Shown here in pieces: positions 55,101-64,000 of a stretch of 64,000 nucleotides of DNA (position 1 is the first letter of the stretch; each line of letters begins with the position of its first letter). This stretch comes from Ascidiella aspersa (Eukaryota): positions 16,554,001 through 16,618,000 of the forward strand of contig OZ004614.1 in the NCBI GenBank assembly GCA_963924565.1. Direction: 5' to 3'. The notes beneath the pieces are model-generated. The model worked only from the letters and a program-made list of their open reading frames with translations, had not been told where the DNA came from and ran no database searches. Made by a program: the position numbers and the translations under genes.

Positions 55101-58100
55101 ATACTCGACGATGGAGTTGTTTTCTTGATCAGGATCCAACGCAACTACTCTCCCCCTGTGAAGCAACGACATCAAAATTTAACAAATGTTATTTAATTTC
55201 TCATTTTGCTTTACCATACGTTCTACTCTTTGAAAGCGTCGTCGCGTCTTTAAGTTCGCATCGTCTACTTTGTGCGGTAAACGGTGTTAGTATATAAAAC
55301 TATAAGCAGTAATACCAAAAAAACAAAGTAAAGTCCAAAATGGGGCAGAAAATTGTGTCACAGTGAGTAATTTCTATCAGAGAGAGTGTCGAACTCAGCG
55401 CGAACAGAATCTTTATGAACCGTTTTAGTAACATTTTAAGGAACCGAAACTGTTCCGAATATTTTATTTAAGAAACGAAACCTTAATTGAAGTCGAACCC
55501 GTCTAAAGAGCAATTCATTCCAGTATAACGTCGCAACTTATACTGATAAACGGTGAAAAGATACATTAAAGAGATCCAAACGTGAACCTGGGGAATTGAG
55601 TGGTTCGACACTCTAATTGATATACTGCGGAAATTTACTGATAAAAATTTATTTCAGATTGGCGAACTTACAGCACGACGGGAGTTCCAGATGATGGGAC
55701 AACCGCGCGAATCATTCTGCTGACGTCAGGCATGAACTTGGGAACATTGTTATTGACGTCATCCAACGTCACCACGACCTTGACCGTGGAGGAGAGGGGT
55801 GGGGATCCCGAATCGGTAATTTCGACCTACAAAAAAAATAACCATATTTCTGGGAAGTTAAAAATCGTAAAAAAAACAAATTAAATATTGCGCAAACGAA
55901 CAGTTCAGGAGTACGGATTGGGCGTAATCACATAAGTGTTTGTCAATTTTGCGTTGTGAGAACTTTAAATGGCATAGCCAGGCTAAACCCGATTCGGATT
56001 AGAACAATTAACTCCGGTTCCAAAGCACGTATCGCGTATCTCGTTCGCGCACTCATCTTCGAGCAACCTAATTAAGTTAAGCCCCTTCTTCTTTAGCTTC
56101 AATCTTGCACGCTGTCAGCCACAGTTCGCTGCCTTTGCGCCCCCGTGACCACCCAAACGCTACCACCGAGACGTCTGCTTTTGTTGCGTATTACCGCACC
56201 TGTATCGCTGGCGTTCTCGATAGCTGCGAATGAAAAGGTTTCCAGTGTTGCCGCTACAGTGGCACACAGTAGTAGGCCATCAAGGCCCGCGAACCGTTAA
56301 AACGTGTGGTTTGGACGCAAGACCAAGGGAAATTGCATAAAGAAGCTTGTGAAGATCAAAACTGTTATTAACGTAAAAGCACCTCGGGAACGTTTTGTGT
56401 GCACAAGACTTTGCAACTCGTCTACTGATGAAAGCAAAAAATAAATAGGTACCTCGTATAGTTTTCACCCAAAAAAGGAAAACTGTCTTAAAATAAAAAA
56501 CACTACTTATTGGTACAGTACATCCAATATGTATAACTATAAAGCTTTTGTAAAAAATAAAAGCCTTTTGTAAAGAGAAGCGCGTAAAAGGAAACACTGA
56601 ACTAAAACATTAAAAAATTCTATCTTAGGAAACATAGAACAACTTTAGCGGATTTTATATTTAGTCAACTAGCCCCCAGTGATTTTATTTCCGGTTAACG
56701 CAAATTTCCATTAACATGAACTTAATATAAAAGAAACTGCAGTCTGTCGGCATAACTACAGTGAAAAGGAAGCGACAGGAAAGTGAACACAAACAGCGCC
56801 AAGGGGAAGGAAGTCGACCACCAATCGTCCGTAAACTCAAACATGTCATGGATTAACTAGCGCGAGAGTCGGATCAAATCGCCCAGCGAAAGTTAGACCG
56901 CTCGCCACCGTTGACCACTGACCAGAACCAACTGAGTGAGGTTTTTAAATTGGAGACGCGTGTCGAGCGCAAACCGATTCTTCTCCAGAAAAACTAAAAC
57001 GGCTGCCTTCCGGCTAGCGATATTCCACTTCTGCCACTGCAAGTCGTAATATTAAATGCGGGCAGAATAGTACACTCAGTTGTTCAAACAAAAATGTGGA
57101 TTTATTACTACCATTAGTAACGCTAAAATGTGAAAAAAAAAATTTGTCCCTCAAATAAACCGGTGATGTTTTTTGAATAAACGTACAGAAGCACTCTTCT
57201 CCAGCGGAAATCAGAATCGAAGCCTTGTTTACCGTCACGGGCATTTAATAGGGTAGGTGTTGTACTTATTAACGAGTGCAAGTAGACGGACGGCTAAAAG
57301 CGTCCCTTTACGTAATCGCTCACCAAACGCTGCCGAAAAGTTGTTGACGCAGAAGAACGCCGGGTGAATGCTTAGCGTTAAATGATGCGGAAAACGGGGG
57401 CCGACCAAAGGTAAACTAAGCGGCTTGTTGGTGGAAAACAAAAGGCCGTCGGGTGTCGGTTGATGGTTCGCCCCAGTCTGCAACCTTTGCAGTCGGGTAG
57501 GAGAGAGGAGGTTTGCACCCACCCAACCCCGACCGCAAGTTTGGGTAATTCGGGGTAAGGGCCATTTGAAATGTAAAGAGATCAAATTGGCTGATATTTA
57601 TGTTGCCGTTGTTTCAAATACTCCAGTAACACTATATCGACCGGGGCAATTTTGATAGCGTTTAATATATTATCGCGCACCACAATGCGTAATTTAAATA
57701 CCTCGAGTTTTTAACCTTGTGAAATTTTTTTTTCGGAATGAAAATTGTACCGAGGGTAAATGGAGCATAATATACAAATGCCTACAGTTCTGCAACATTA
57801 GGTACAAGATAAATAAATCAACACAAAGTTATATTAAAAGTTGTTTAAAGACTTTAAAAACTTTAGTTTAGTAGCGCTAACATACTGATATCCATTTGTT
57901 AAATATCGTTTGTTGAATTCAATTTTTTCAATGCTATTTTTTGAAATCATGAGAAAATATTTGAAACTTCGTGGTACATTTTTGAAAGTTGAAAAAAATG
58001 CCGCCTCCTTAGTTTGGTTTGGCCCGGATTGTGGTTATCTATAAGTGCGGCAGCAAGCGAAACCAGATTCATTGCTCATCCGACATGTAGATTCCAAACT

Positions 58101-61100
58101 AGTAATCCGAACCCAAACAAAGCACCCATAGGTCTCGTTGCTGCAAGCGCAAAATACGCCGCAGGAATCCGATTGTGCAAGAGCAATGGTTCTGCGTTTA
58201 CGATGAGCTATTGTGGATCTAAAGCCAATGCTAACAGCGTTTCCTTGGGCTAATCCGAGCTGTGCTAGGTAATTTATCAGGGTTTGAGTTGGATAACACA
58301 AATCCAAATATTTTAAATATTCGCTCTCCTTCCAAGTTGAGGGGGGTATTCAAATATAAATTACCGCTTTAAGTACTGGGAATTTCTTAGCACAAAGACC
58401 CCTATAACGATTCGTGGTTTAGTTGTCAAAAAATACTTATGAGTGATACAAATAGTCGCTCAATAGGTCCAAATGGTAACCCAAAGACGAATGATACGAA
58501 TGATATACCCAACATGAACTTTTTCATTAAAACATGCGGAGGTTATAAACTGTTCCTATTGACGCCATTTATTAATATTAAAATGAAATTATTATTACCC
58601 AAGCGAAAGTTTTTCCTGGTAGATTTTATAAGTTAATATGTTGCGATGCTACAAAACCCGTTTTATTTCATGCTACTGCCAATCTAAACAAAAACCGCCA
58701 TGGCAACGTCATTCGATGTAAGGGTTGCATGCACCGTAACGAATATAATACAAATTCCGTACGAAAGAAAAGCTTAAACATAAAGCCCCGATGTCTGTGC
58801 CGATTGGGGGCGGCTTAGTGACTCGAAGCTTCCCGTGGCAAACCGATAATAGGTACCTAGGGTTGCTTTACCACTGACCCGGATCTACGAAAGTCACCGT
58901 CGAAAGCCTTCACTAAAATGCGCCCCAGCACTGTATACAAGGGCAGGCTCGCGACAATAAAAGCACGCCGATTCGAGGTGGGTGGTTTCACTCGCTGCCT
59001 GGGTTACTACTTGGGTGCGATGAGTGAGAGCCATTTCGGGACGCTTTTGGATTTGGCTTTTTGACGCCGCTAACTGGAGGGAGGAAACACGGGGGGGGGG
59101 CAAACGCCCAAATGTGCTAGAAAGTTAAATTTGGTCGAAAAAAGACCGGGCTACGAGCAGGAATGGGGTCAGTTAAATCAGGGGATTAACTTTGAAAAAC
59201 AAGTGTTAGGAGTGACACTTTACGATTATTTGTTCTCCAATGCAGTTTCGACATTGAAATACAGATGCCACACAATTAGTACATTAAATAAATGCTATTT
59301 ATAACTGACGCAGGTTGTATTATAAGATAGTTAATAGGATTGTGAGGGCCGAAATAGTAAACAACCTAAATGATAACAATTAAATAGATGTGTTTTTTTA
59401 ATTTGAGTTTTGCGATTTGCATTAGGTGATTTATATTCGAGTACAAGCTCCACCAAACCACGACGTGTGCGGGGTGCGTGGGGTTGTTTGTGGGGAAAAC
59501 AACTAACGTTGAACGCTGTTTCCTAATTGTGCGAGCTGATTGTCAGTCTGCTCATTTGTAATCAGTCTTGTTCTAAGGAGTCTATACTTACTACAAAGGG
59601 TGCCCTAGCACACTTTTACATACAAAAGCTAATTCGGGTATTCTGGCGCCAACTATACGATTGACCTATCTGGCTTATGCTTTAGCCACCGCAACAGCTT
59701 TTTATATTCTGTAGAGAAAGTGTTGGTTTTATTTCGCAATCGGTATTTTTTTAAATGCCTTGATGTTTAACAGTAGCTGATTCTCAGAAAACCTTATGAA
59801 GAGTGGTTAAAATTCACAACAAATCGTTCGGTAACATATAATAACAAGTGCGTCCTGCCATCAAATTAAACTTTTGTCTCATATAAGTGACAACTGATGA
59901 CCGTCGCTGGGAATTTGATTACTCGACATCTTTGACCTTCAGCAACACATAAATCCACATCAATTGATTAAAGCTTTTCTTGCGCAAACACATGAATCAA
60001 AGTTACTGCAAAAAGGAGTCGTTAAACTGGGAACACAAGAGCATGTTTATGTGTGCAGTAAAAACACTTTCTTTTTGTCTCGTTGCCAATTACGGACGAG
60101 CGTCTGTTGACGGCTAACAAATTGTGTTTTAACCACGCCAATTAGGACCGCTTTCCAAGTCATAATAGACATGAGCTTAAAACTTTAAAGGGGTTTATAC
60201 AGTAATAAACCTTCGTTTTATCACAAAAGGCTAGATGTTAAATAAATTCAATTGGCACTATTAGCAATGTAAAGTTAACGAAACAGCAATTACAGGTACT
60301 AAGATATAATACTTTTCCAGTTAAAAACCTGCAGTTTACCCAAATCAATATAAAGTAAAGCGAAGTGCATACATGTTAGATCATCTATTTTTTTTTACTC
60401 TGTGGATGATTCAAATTCCGAAATGATTGACTAATTGGTACAGCGAAAAGTTGACAACGGGTTTTGAGGTATAACCTTGTAATACAAACCCTTTAGCTCT
60501 GCAGTCAGGCGCCGTTAAAACAACGTACGTCATGATTAACTGTACAGCAAAAGGGTTGGGTATTCTCGAATAGCAACGAACAACGCCAGTGCAAAACGAT
60601 AACCCTTAGGCTAAGGAATTTGCCAACAAAAGCGAGTGAATGCTTGCCTTCGTTAAGACTTTGCCGCGTTTCATCTGGCTATTTGATACGCGCGACGGTG
60701 GGCTATATAGCGTCGTGAATCGACTTGAACCTCTATTGCCAACATTGATAGGCTATCTATTTCGTCACAATGGGACCACCCGGCCAGGGTATATTGAGGG
60801 ACGAGATCTCGCGTTGCGAAGTAGCGTCAACAAACCTTAAGTAAACAGCTCCACCTTTTTCTTACGAAAACAACCCGTTCACTAAGGCTTGACAAATATA
60901 ATTTAACGTTACGCTTGAAGGAAAGAGCTTGCATTATTTACGAATGTTTGGATTTTTCAATTTGAAAAAAGCGCTAAAACTTCAGTCGTGTATTCAGCTT
61001 CATAGTGATTCAGCTCATTCGTTGAAGGGATTAAGTATTAGTCTACTTCTTTAATTATGTCATATGTTACACAAGGAAAGCCTCAATTTGGTAAAATATG

Positions 61101-63630
61101 ATCACCTTTGCTTTTACGAACCAAAAAGCCACGATATTTTAAATATCGATCAGCTTCCGAATCAACGTATTATACAAGGCGATTTCGCATTTTTGTTCTG
61201 CCAGTTGCGTCAAGGAAAACAATACCTTCCCATATTCATACACGAAAAACGTATGAGGATACACAGCAAACGCACACACAACCTGATGAGTATAACAACC
61301 AAGTGGCCTGTGATCCAGGGTCGGACAAATCTTGTTGCGATTTGGTCTGAGAAAATCCATGTGTTTTTATTAAGTCGCTTCGTTACGCGCAACTGAACGG
61401 CATAGTGTAATTCCTAATATTATTTCTTCACGGCATAATTAAAAACTCCGTCAAAAAATCAATTTTGTTTTTTTCCAAATTTAGAAAGACATTTAATCCA
61501 AAAAAATTAAAAATAACGCCAATTTGTGAATATAATAATTTTTTGTTTGCAGAAAAAAAGGCACACTAAAAGATTCAGCGTAATAACCAGAAGCACCGTT
61601 CTCATAAAGCGCCTTCTAACAAGGTCCAAAATTCCTTTATCACAGTGTTAGTCATCAACCGCAGTAAATACAGCGCCCAAGACCCCCAATTCAGCGCACT
61701 GGTTAAATGGTGCAACGCGCCCACCGGTTTATTTTCAGCAGAAACTGTCATTTATTGTCGCGCCAGCGCATCGATTGCTGGGCGAAAGGGGAAACTATTC
61801 TATAGAGTTGAGTAACGAGAACGGTCATTGGGGTTCCAGAAATGTGCCGTTTGGTAAAATCCAGACCGAATTCCCTCGATCGTGGTCCCGACCGCAAGCC
61901 CCAATTTCGCCCCATTCTTCAGCATTATTCACCCTGCTATTATCCAGAGCACCCACGCGATATTGCATTTAAAGTTTTCCGTTTCTGTCAGAAGTTCGCA
62001 AGTAAGCTTTGATATAAAAGATAGCACCTGCACTTCGGGGTGACGACGACTGATTTAAAGCAATGTTTATGTGAAATTGGAAAACTTAGCGATAATAAGG
62101 TGTTTTGAACAACGAAGATATCCAATACAAATCTTAAACCTAGCTACAGTTACCCTTTCTACTTCAAACAATGCCAAACCACAAATATCCTGTTTAAAAA
62201 CAAGCTAAAAATGGCCCAGCAAATTTGATGCCACCTCTGAATGTTTATTTAACCTCACTTACGATAAAACACCCGATTGGATATTGCTAACCTCGTTAAA
62301 CAGGTTTTGTTATTGCTACAACTATTTTAAGTCGTTGGTTAAGGTTTAAAACAGCTAATTAAGGATTTAAGTGCCAACGCAAACTTCGTTGTATTTGATT
62401 TTGATGCCCAGTGCCGTGAAGTACAAAATGTTACTCTACGGCAGCAAGCATACAAATACGATATTCAAAGGTGTTTTCTTAATTTGAAATAGAATAGAAT
62501 TCTGTTTTTTTGCCACAGCACATTTAACGGTGCAGAGTTGCTACTTGAAGCAGTAGCGTTGAGTGTAACAGATTTTAGGCGAAACGCTTATAACCGGGCT
62601 TATGTAAGCAGAAGGGATTTACCTTTTCCGAACAACTGAAATAGCGCCGCTCTTAAGAAAGCAAAGGCTCTGTAGGTACCCCGACGACGTAGCCCCAGAA
62701 TAAACAAATCACCCGTCGGTGTTAAGGAAACCAACGTAACATCTGCACACAGTCTGATGGCAACGCCGATTAAACACCGCATCACGGCTGCTGTAAGACT
62801 TGTTAATTGGAAACGCATAGGTGTGCACAGGGGCGGTTGCGTGAGAGGTATACAACCTTAAAACGTTACGATGGCGACCAGACTACCTTTCCTCTTTTTT
62901 AAAAAATATGCTAAAGAAATCAAGTTTTAAACCGCATAGAAGTAAAATTACTTAAAGTGTAGTTGTGTTCCAATAATAAACGGGATCTGTCAATAAACGA
63001 CCCTCGGTCTCCCAAACCTCACAGCACCCTGAAATGAGCCCTAAAATCATTAGCGAACGAGGCTCGTGTTTGCCGACCTCATTTAGCGCCTATAGGCAGT
63101 TAGCTCATTACAAGGAGCTGTGTGTCGCAGGTTTTTCTCACCACCCCTTCGCCCTGCCGAAGCCGACGCGTCTGTGACGTCACAATTGACCGGCGGCCCG
63201 AAGCCATGAAAGGCGCCGAATTGAATGGGGCTCGAATTTGCGGTGGGGCGTGGGTTGACGAATTGACCCGGCTTGACCGTTAGTTGGTTTGTTCCGAAGC
63301 ACGTGTTTAGGTAATTCGATGGCAACTGTCAGGTTTTCGCAGATCGTAACATAATAGGTAGAGTTTTGTGATTTTACAACTCAACAGTTATAACGATAAA
63401 CGTTTTTTCACTTATTAACATAAACAAAACTGAAAAACACACATATATCCAGTAAGTTTTATAAGATAAGCGTATTCGCCTCGTTTCTAGTTAAAATAAT
63501 TATTTTTATCAACCTTTACCTAAAATAAGCTGCCTAAGATAAGGTTAACAAACAGAAATACTCACGTAAAATTCCAAAAGACTGTGTTCCGCATCCTCGC
63601 GGTTAAGCTTTCGTCTTGTGGTAATGATTC
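21278..63630 (-). CDS. FAT1: FAT1/2/3-type (Fat-like) atypical giant cadherin, 5'-partial; 49 coding exons, ~3670 codons in window
   Basis: 49 GT-AG exons with consistent phases (11012 nt). Many LDRE / DxD / DVNDNxP cadherin motifs, a single LamG, 4 post-LamG EGF, one TM. Tail motifs [41 protein letters not shown] and C-terminal TNV resemble vertebrate FAT1-3 rather than FAT4. The symbol denotes the FAT1/2/3 co-ortholog. Confidence 0.93.
22253..22470. repeat. Foldback / palindromic element in last FAT intron
   Basis: Nested arms 22275-22296 / 22410-22430, 22305-22327 / 22375-22397 (22 of 23 complementary), central hairpin 22343-22361. Confidence 0.75.
22664..22959 (-). CDS. FAT-like cytoplasmic exon with YDWDVTDW motif
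   Basis: [12 protein letters not shown]... (cf. FAT1 GYHWDTSDW); phase 1-0. Confidence 0.85.
23741..23788 (-). CDS. FAT-like 48-nt symmetric (phase 1-1) putative cassette exon
   Basis: Strong acceptor ttttctctcctgcag, donor AG/GTGAAA, open frame [16 protein letters not shown]. Confidence 0.7.
24492..24529. repeat. 18-bp tandem duplication
   Basis: TGGGTAAAATTGGTAAAC x2. Confidence 0.85.
24715..24799 (-). CDS. FAT-like cytoplasmic exon
   Basis: [28 protein letters not shown]; phase 0-1, needed to link the flanking exons. Confidence 0.78.
24956..25231. mobile_element. hAT-type MITE in FAT intron
   Basis: Perfect TSD GCTTAAAC (24948-24955 / 25232-25239); TIR CAGCTGTTCCAAAAGT vs ACTTTGGAAACAGCTT (13/16 complementary). 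Confidence 0.8.
25510..25599 (-). CDS. FAT-like cytoplasmic exon
   Basis: [30 protein letters not shown] (cf. FAT1 SDSDSIQKPSW); phase 0-0. Confidence 0.82.
26139..26236 (-). CDS. FAT-like cytoplasmic exon
   Basis: [20 protein letters not shown] (cf. FAT1 PQVPVRPISY); phase 1-0. Confidence 0.85.
26499..26720 (-). CDS. FAT-like transmembrane exon
   Basis: [24 protein letters not shown] followed by RRKR; phase 1-1. Confidence 0.92.
27020..27291 (-). CDS. FAT-like EGF / Ca-binding EGF exon
   Basis: [13 protein letters not shown]...DVDEC...[12 protein letters not shown]; phase 2-1. Confidence 0.92.
27777..27980 (-). CDS. FAT-like EGF exon
   Basis: [12 protein letters not shown]...YVCNC...PCQNKGVC; phase 2-2. 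Confidence 0.92.
28297..29758 (-). CDS. FAT-like exon: last cadherin repeat, membrane-proximal region, EGF-like, laminin G domain
   Basis: [18 protein letters not shown]...LSFDGAGY...FRLRT...FDCGGG...INDGKWH...GFRGCL; phase 1-2. Confidence 0.93.
30190..30432 (-). CDS. FAT-like cadherin exon
   Basis: LFYLD...VTDSGKP...SQYPP; phase 1-1. Confidence 0.88.
30781..31273 (-). CDS. FAT-like cadherin exon
   Basis: [10 protein letters not shown]...LDYE...[13 protein letters not shown]; phase 0-1. Confidence 0.92.
31380..31549 (-). CDS. FAT-like cadherin exon
   Basis: [11 protein letters not shown]...DVNDNTPVF; phase 1-0. Confidence 0.9.
31792..31942 (-). CDS. FAT-like cadherin exon
   Basis: [12 protein letters not shown]...GNEHGKF; phase 0-1. 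Confidence 0.9.
32093..32191 (-). CDS. FAT-like cadherin exon
   Basis: [10 protein letters not shown]...[13 protein letters not shown]; phase 0-0. Confidence 0.9.
32277..32413 (-). CDS. FAT-like cadherin exon
   Basis: KNGTIRYTL...KPLDRE; phase 1-0. Confidence 0.9.
32847..32979 (-). CDS. FAT-like cadherin exon
   Basis: [15 protein letters not shown]...AYDPDL; phase 0-1. Confidence 0.9.
33113..33213 (-). CDS. FAT-like cadherin exon
   Basis: [27 protein letters not shown]; phase 1-0. Confidence 0.9.
33541..33694 (-). CDS. FAT-like cadherin exon
   Basis: [10 protein letters not shown]...[22 protein letters not shown]; phase 0-1. Confidence 0.9.
34010..34162 (-). CDS. FAT-like cadherin exon
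   Basis: VVRPLDRD...VATDG...[12 protein letters not shown]; phase 0-0. Confidence 0.9.
34666..34929. mobile_element. MITE-like element with terminal inverted repeats
   Basis: TAGGAATGTTCGATA ... TATCAGACATTCCTA and internal GTATCGG repeats; TSD not recognisable. Confidence 0.55.
34962..35130 (-). CDS. FAT-like cadherin exon
   Basis: VIDADT...[11 protein letters not shown]; phase 2-0. Confidence 0.85.
35538..35771 (-). CDS. FAT-like cadherin exon
   Basis: FAINSSTG...LDRE...DVNDVAPTF; phase 2-2. Confidence 0.9.
36106..36263 (-). CDS. FAT-like cadherin exon
   Basis: [15 protein letters not shown]...[10 protein letters not shown]; phase 0-2. Confidence 0.9.
36500..36651 (-). CDS. FAT-like cadherin exon
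   Basis: [19 protein letters not shown]; phase 1-0. Confidence 0.9.
36818..36902 (-). CDS. FAT-like cadherin exon
   Basis: [17 protein letters not shown]; phase 0-1. Confidence 0.82.
37133..37305 (-). CDS. FAT-like cadherin exon
   Basis: [16 protein letters not shown]...[10 protein letters not shown]; phase 1-0. Confidence 0.9.
37641..37785 (-). CDS. FAT-like cadherin exon
   Basis: [18 protein letters not shown]; phase 0-1. Confidence 0.9.
38031..38161 (-). CDS. FAT-like cadherin exon
   Basis: [21 protein letters not shown]; phase 1-0. Confidence 0.9.
38370..38559 (-). CDS. FAT-like cadherin exon
   Basis: [12 protein letters not shown]...IDRE...MATDER; phase 0-1. Confidence 0.85.
39013..39218 (-). 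CDS. FAT-like cadherin exon
   Basis: [10 protein letters not shown]...[13 protein letters not shown]; phase 1-0. Confidence 0.88.
39303..39462 (-). CDS. FAT-like cadherin exon
   Basis: VAYEFVL...[18 protein letters not shown]; phase 0-1. Confidence 0.9.
39675..39941 (-). CDS. FAT-like cadherin exon
   Basis: [16 protein letters not shown]...[11 protein letters not shown]; phase 0-0. Confidence 0.9.
40151..40480. mobile_element. hAT-type MITE in FAT intron
   Basis: TSD GTCTAGAC / GTCTTGAC (7/8); degenerate ends; GGACCCC/GGACCAC subterminal motifs. Confidence 0.65.
40558..40769 (-). CDS. FAT-like cadherin exon
   Basis: [17 protein letters not shown]...DLNDNAPIF; phase 1-0. Confidence 0.9.
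40977..41204 (-). CDS. FAT-like cadherin exon
   Basis: [14 protein letters not shown]...[28 protein letters not shown]; phase 1-1. Confidence 0.9.
41555..41738 (-). CDS. FAT-like cadherin exon
   Basis: [16 protein letters not shown]...VVATDF; phase 0-1. Confidence 0.9.
41830..41900 (+). mobile_element. hAT-type left-end fragment
   Basis: ATCTAGAT followed by AAGTGATTCTCAAACTG...GTGTCGCG; no matching right end found. Confidence 0.4.
42195..42359 (-). CDS. FAT-like cadherin exon
   Basis: LLIEAKE...[18 protein letters not shown]; phase 0-0. Confidence 0.9.
42526..42687 (-). CDS. FAT-like cadherin exon
   Basis: [11 protein letters not shown]...YSILN...GVPVDRE; phase 0-0. Confidence 0.88.
42851..43297 (-). 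CDS. FAT-like cadherin exon
   Basis: [10 protein letters not shown]...LVLPLCKGV...VRASDG...LPENSTQ; phase 0-0. Confidence 0.9.
43575..43842 (-). CDS. FAT-like cadherin exon
   Basis: PVFEQLRY...[19 protein letters not shown]; phase 2-0. Confidence 0.9.
43954..43993. repeat. 20-bp tandem duplication
   Basis: AGCTTTAATTCCTTTAAAAT x2. Confidence 0.85.
44006..44239 (-). CDS. FAT-like cadherin exon
   Basis: [26 protein letters not shown]...LDRE...DVNDN; phase 2-2. Confidence 0.9.
44568..44823 (-). CDS. FAT-like cadherin exon
   Basis: [16 protein letters not shown]...TTENAPVG; phase 1-2. Confidence 0.9.
50335..50358. repeat. (AT)n microsatellite
   Basis: About 12 AT units. Confidence 0.9.
50854..51064 (-). 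CDS. FAT-like cadherin exon
   Basis: [19 protein letters not shown]...[14 protein letters not shown]; phase 0-1. Confidence 0.9.
51595..51692 (-). CDS. FAT-like cadherin exon
   Basis: [29 protein letters not shown]; phase 1-0. Confidence 0.9.
52183..52399 (-). CDS. FAT-like cadherin exon
   Basis: [31 protein letters not shown]; phase 0-1. Confidence 0.9.
52825..52964 (-). CDS. FAT-like cadherin exon
   Basis: [40 protein letters not shown]; phase 1-0. Confidence 0.9.
54430..54652 (-). CDS. FAT-like cadherin exon
   Basis: [21 protein letters not shown]...IRWFSIE; phase 0-1. Confidence 0.85.
55002..55155 (-). CDS. FAT-like cadherin exon
   Basis: [20 protein letters not shown]; phase 2-0. 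Confidence 0.88.
55383..55614. mobile_element. MITE-like element with 12-bp TIR
   Basis: AGAGTGTCGAAC ... GTTCGACACTCT perfect inverted ends and repeated GAACC(G) internal motifs; TSD not recognisable. Confidence 0.6.
55672..55826 (-). CDS. FAT-like cadherin exon
   Basis: [31 protein letters not shown]; phase 0-2. Confidence 0.9.
63566..63630 (-). CDS. FAT-like exon (first in window)
   Basis: (G)[21 protein letters not shown]; acceptor ttgtttcag, donor GTGAGT; phase 1-0. Confidence 0.8.
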
Positions 63631-64000
63631 CTGAAACAATAATAAGCACGATGATTAAAACAAAACAATCACGTTGATGTCAACAAATAAAAAATACCTT
63701 TTTGTGAGTTTATGAGTGTTAGGAGTGTTAATTTAACACTAAAATATTTTGCCTTATCAATCAATAGGGCAACACTTCCTATATTACACTTGTAAAGAAA
63801 CAGGTTGTATTGAGTATATTGCATTTCCGCTATCGATAGCGGCCCAGTTACAAACCATCTCCGTATATCTGTCATTAATATTGCAGGAGGCAATTTCGCT
63901 AATTTGTAATTCACCGCTTTGCACTTCATTACAGACAGATTAAAAGCTAGCGTGGGTTGAAAAATAATTTCCAGTTGACCGCTTTTTGCAATTACTTTTA

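Noticed and set aside
59471-59495. Possible G-quadruplex
   Set aside because: Only three G-runs.
1-64000. CRISPR arrays, tRNA/rRNA genes, retrotransposon ORFs, non-canonical introns, stop read-through contexts
   Set aside because: None recognised by eye; all traced introns are GT-AG and both stops are TAA without a read-through context. Covariance-model scans were not possible.

Overview
Eukaryotic (animal) genomic DNA. It is AT-rich with short GT-AG introns and no obvious CpG depletion; the proteins are chordate-like, so an invertebrate chordate such as a tunicate is inferred. Two convergent genes occupy the window. (1) Plus strand: a complete KLF5-type Kruppel-like factor with 5 coding exons (1575-10225, 613 aa, three C2H2 fingers, PPSY motif). 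(2) Minus strand: the 3' ~80% of a FAT1/2/3-type giant cadherin. I traced 49 coding exons by hand from 63630 to 21278, about 3670 codons, with consistent phase at every junction. It encodes cadherin repeats, EGF, LamG, 4 EGF, a TM segment and a cytoplasmic tail ending in a PDZ-type motif; its 5' end lies outside the window. Introns and the intergenic region carry several hAT (Buster/Charlie-type) non-autonomous elements with 8-bp nnnTAnnn target-site duplications, other MITE-like elements and a foldback. The most notable observation is a 48-nt frame-preserving exon in the FAT tail. It lies where vertebrate FAT1 has its alternative '+12' exon and is followed by three evenly spaced GCAUG (RBFOX) motifs, suggesting an ancient splicing switch. 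Most ORFs in the supplied track are exon fragments, antisense shadows or chance ORFs.
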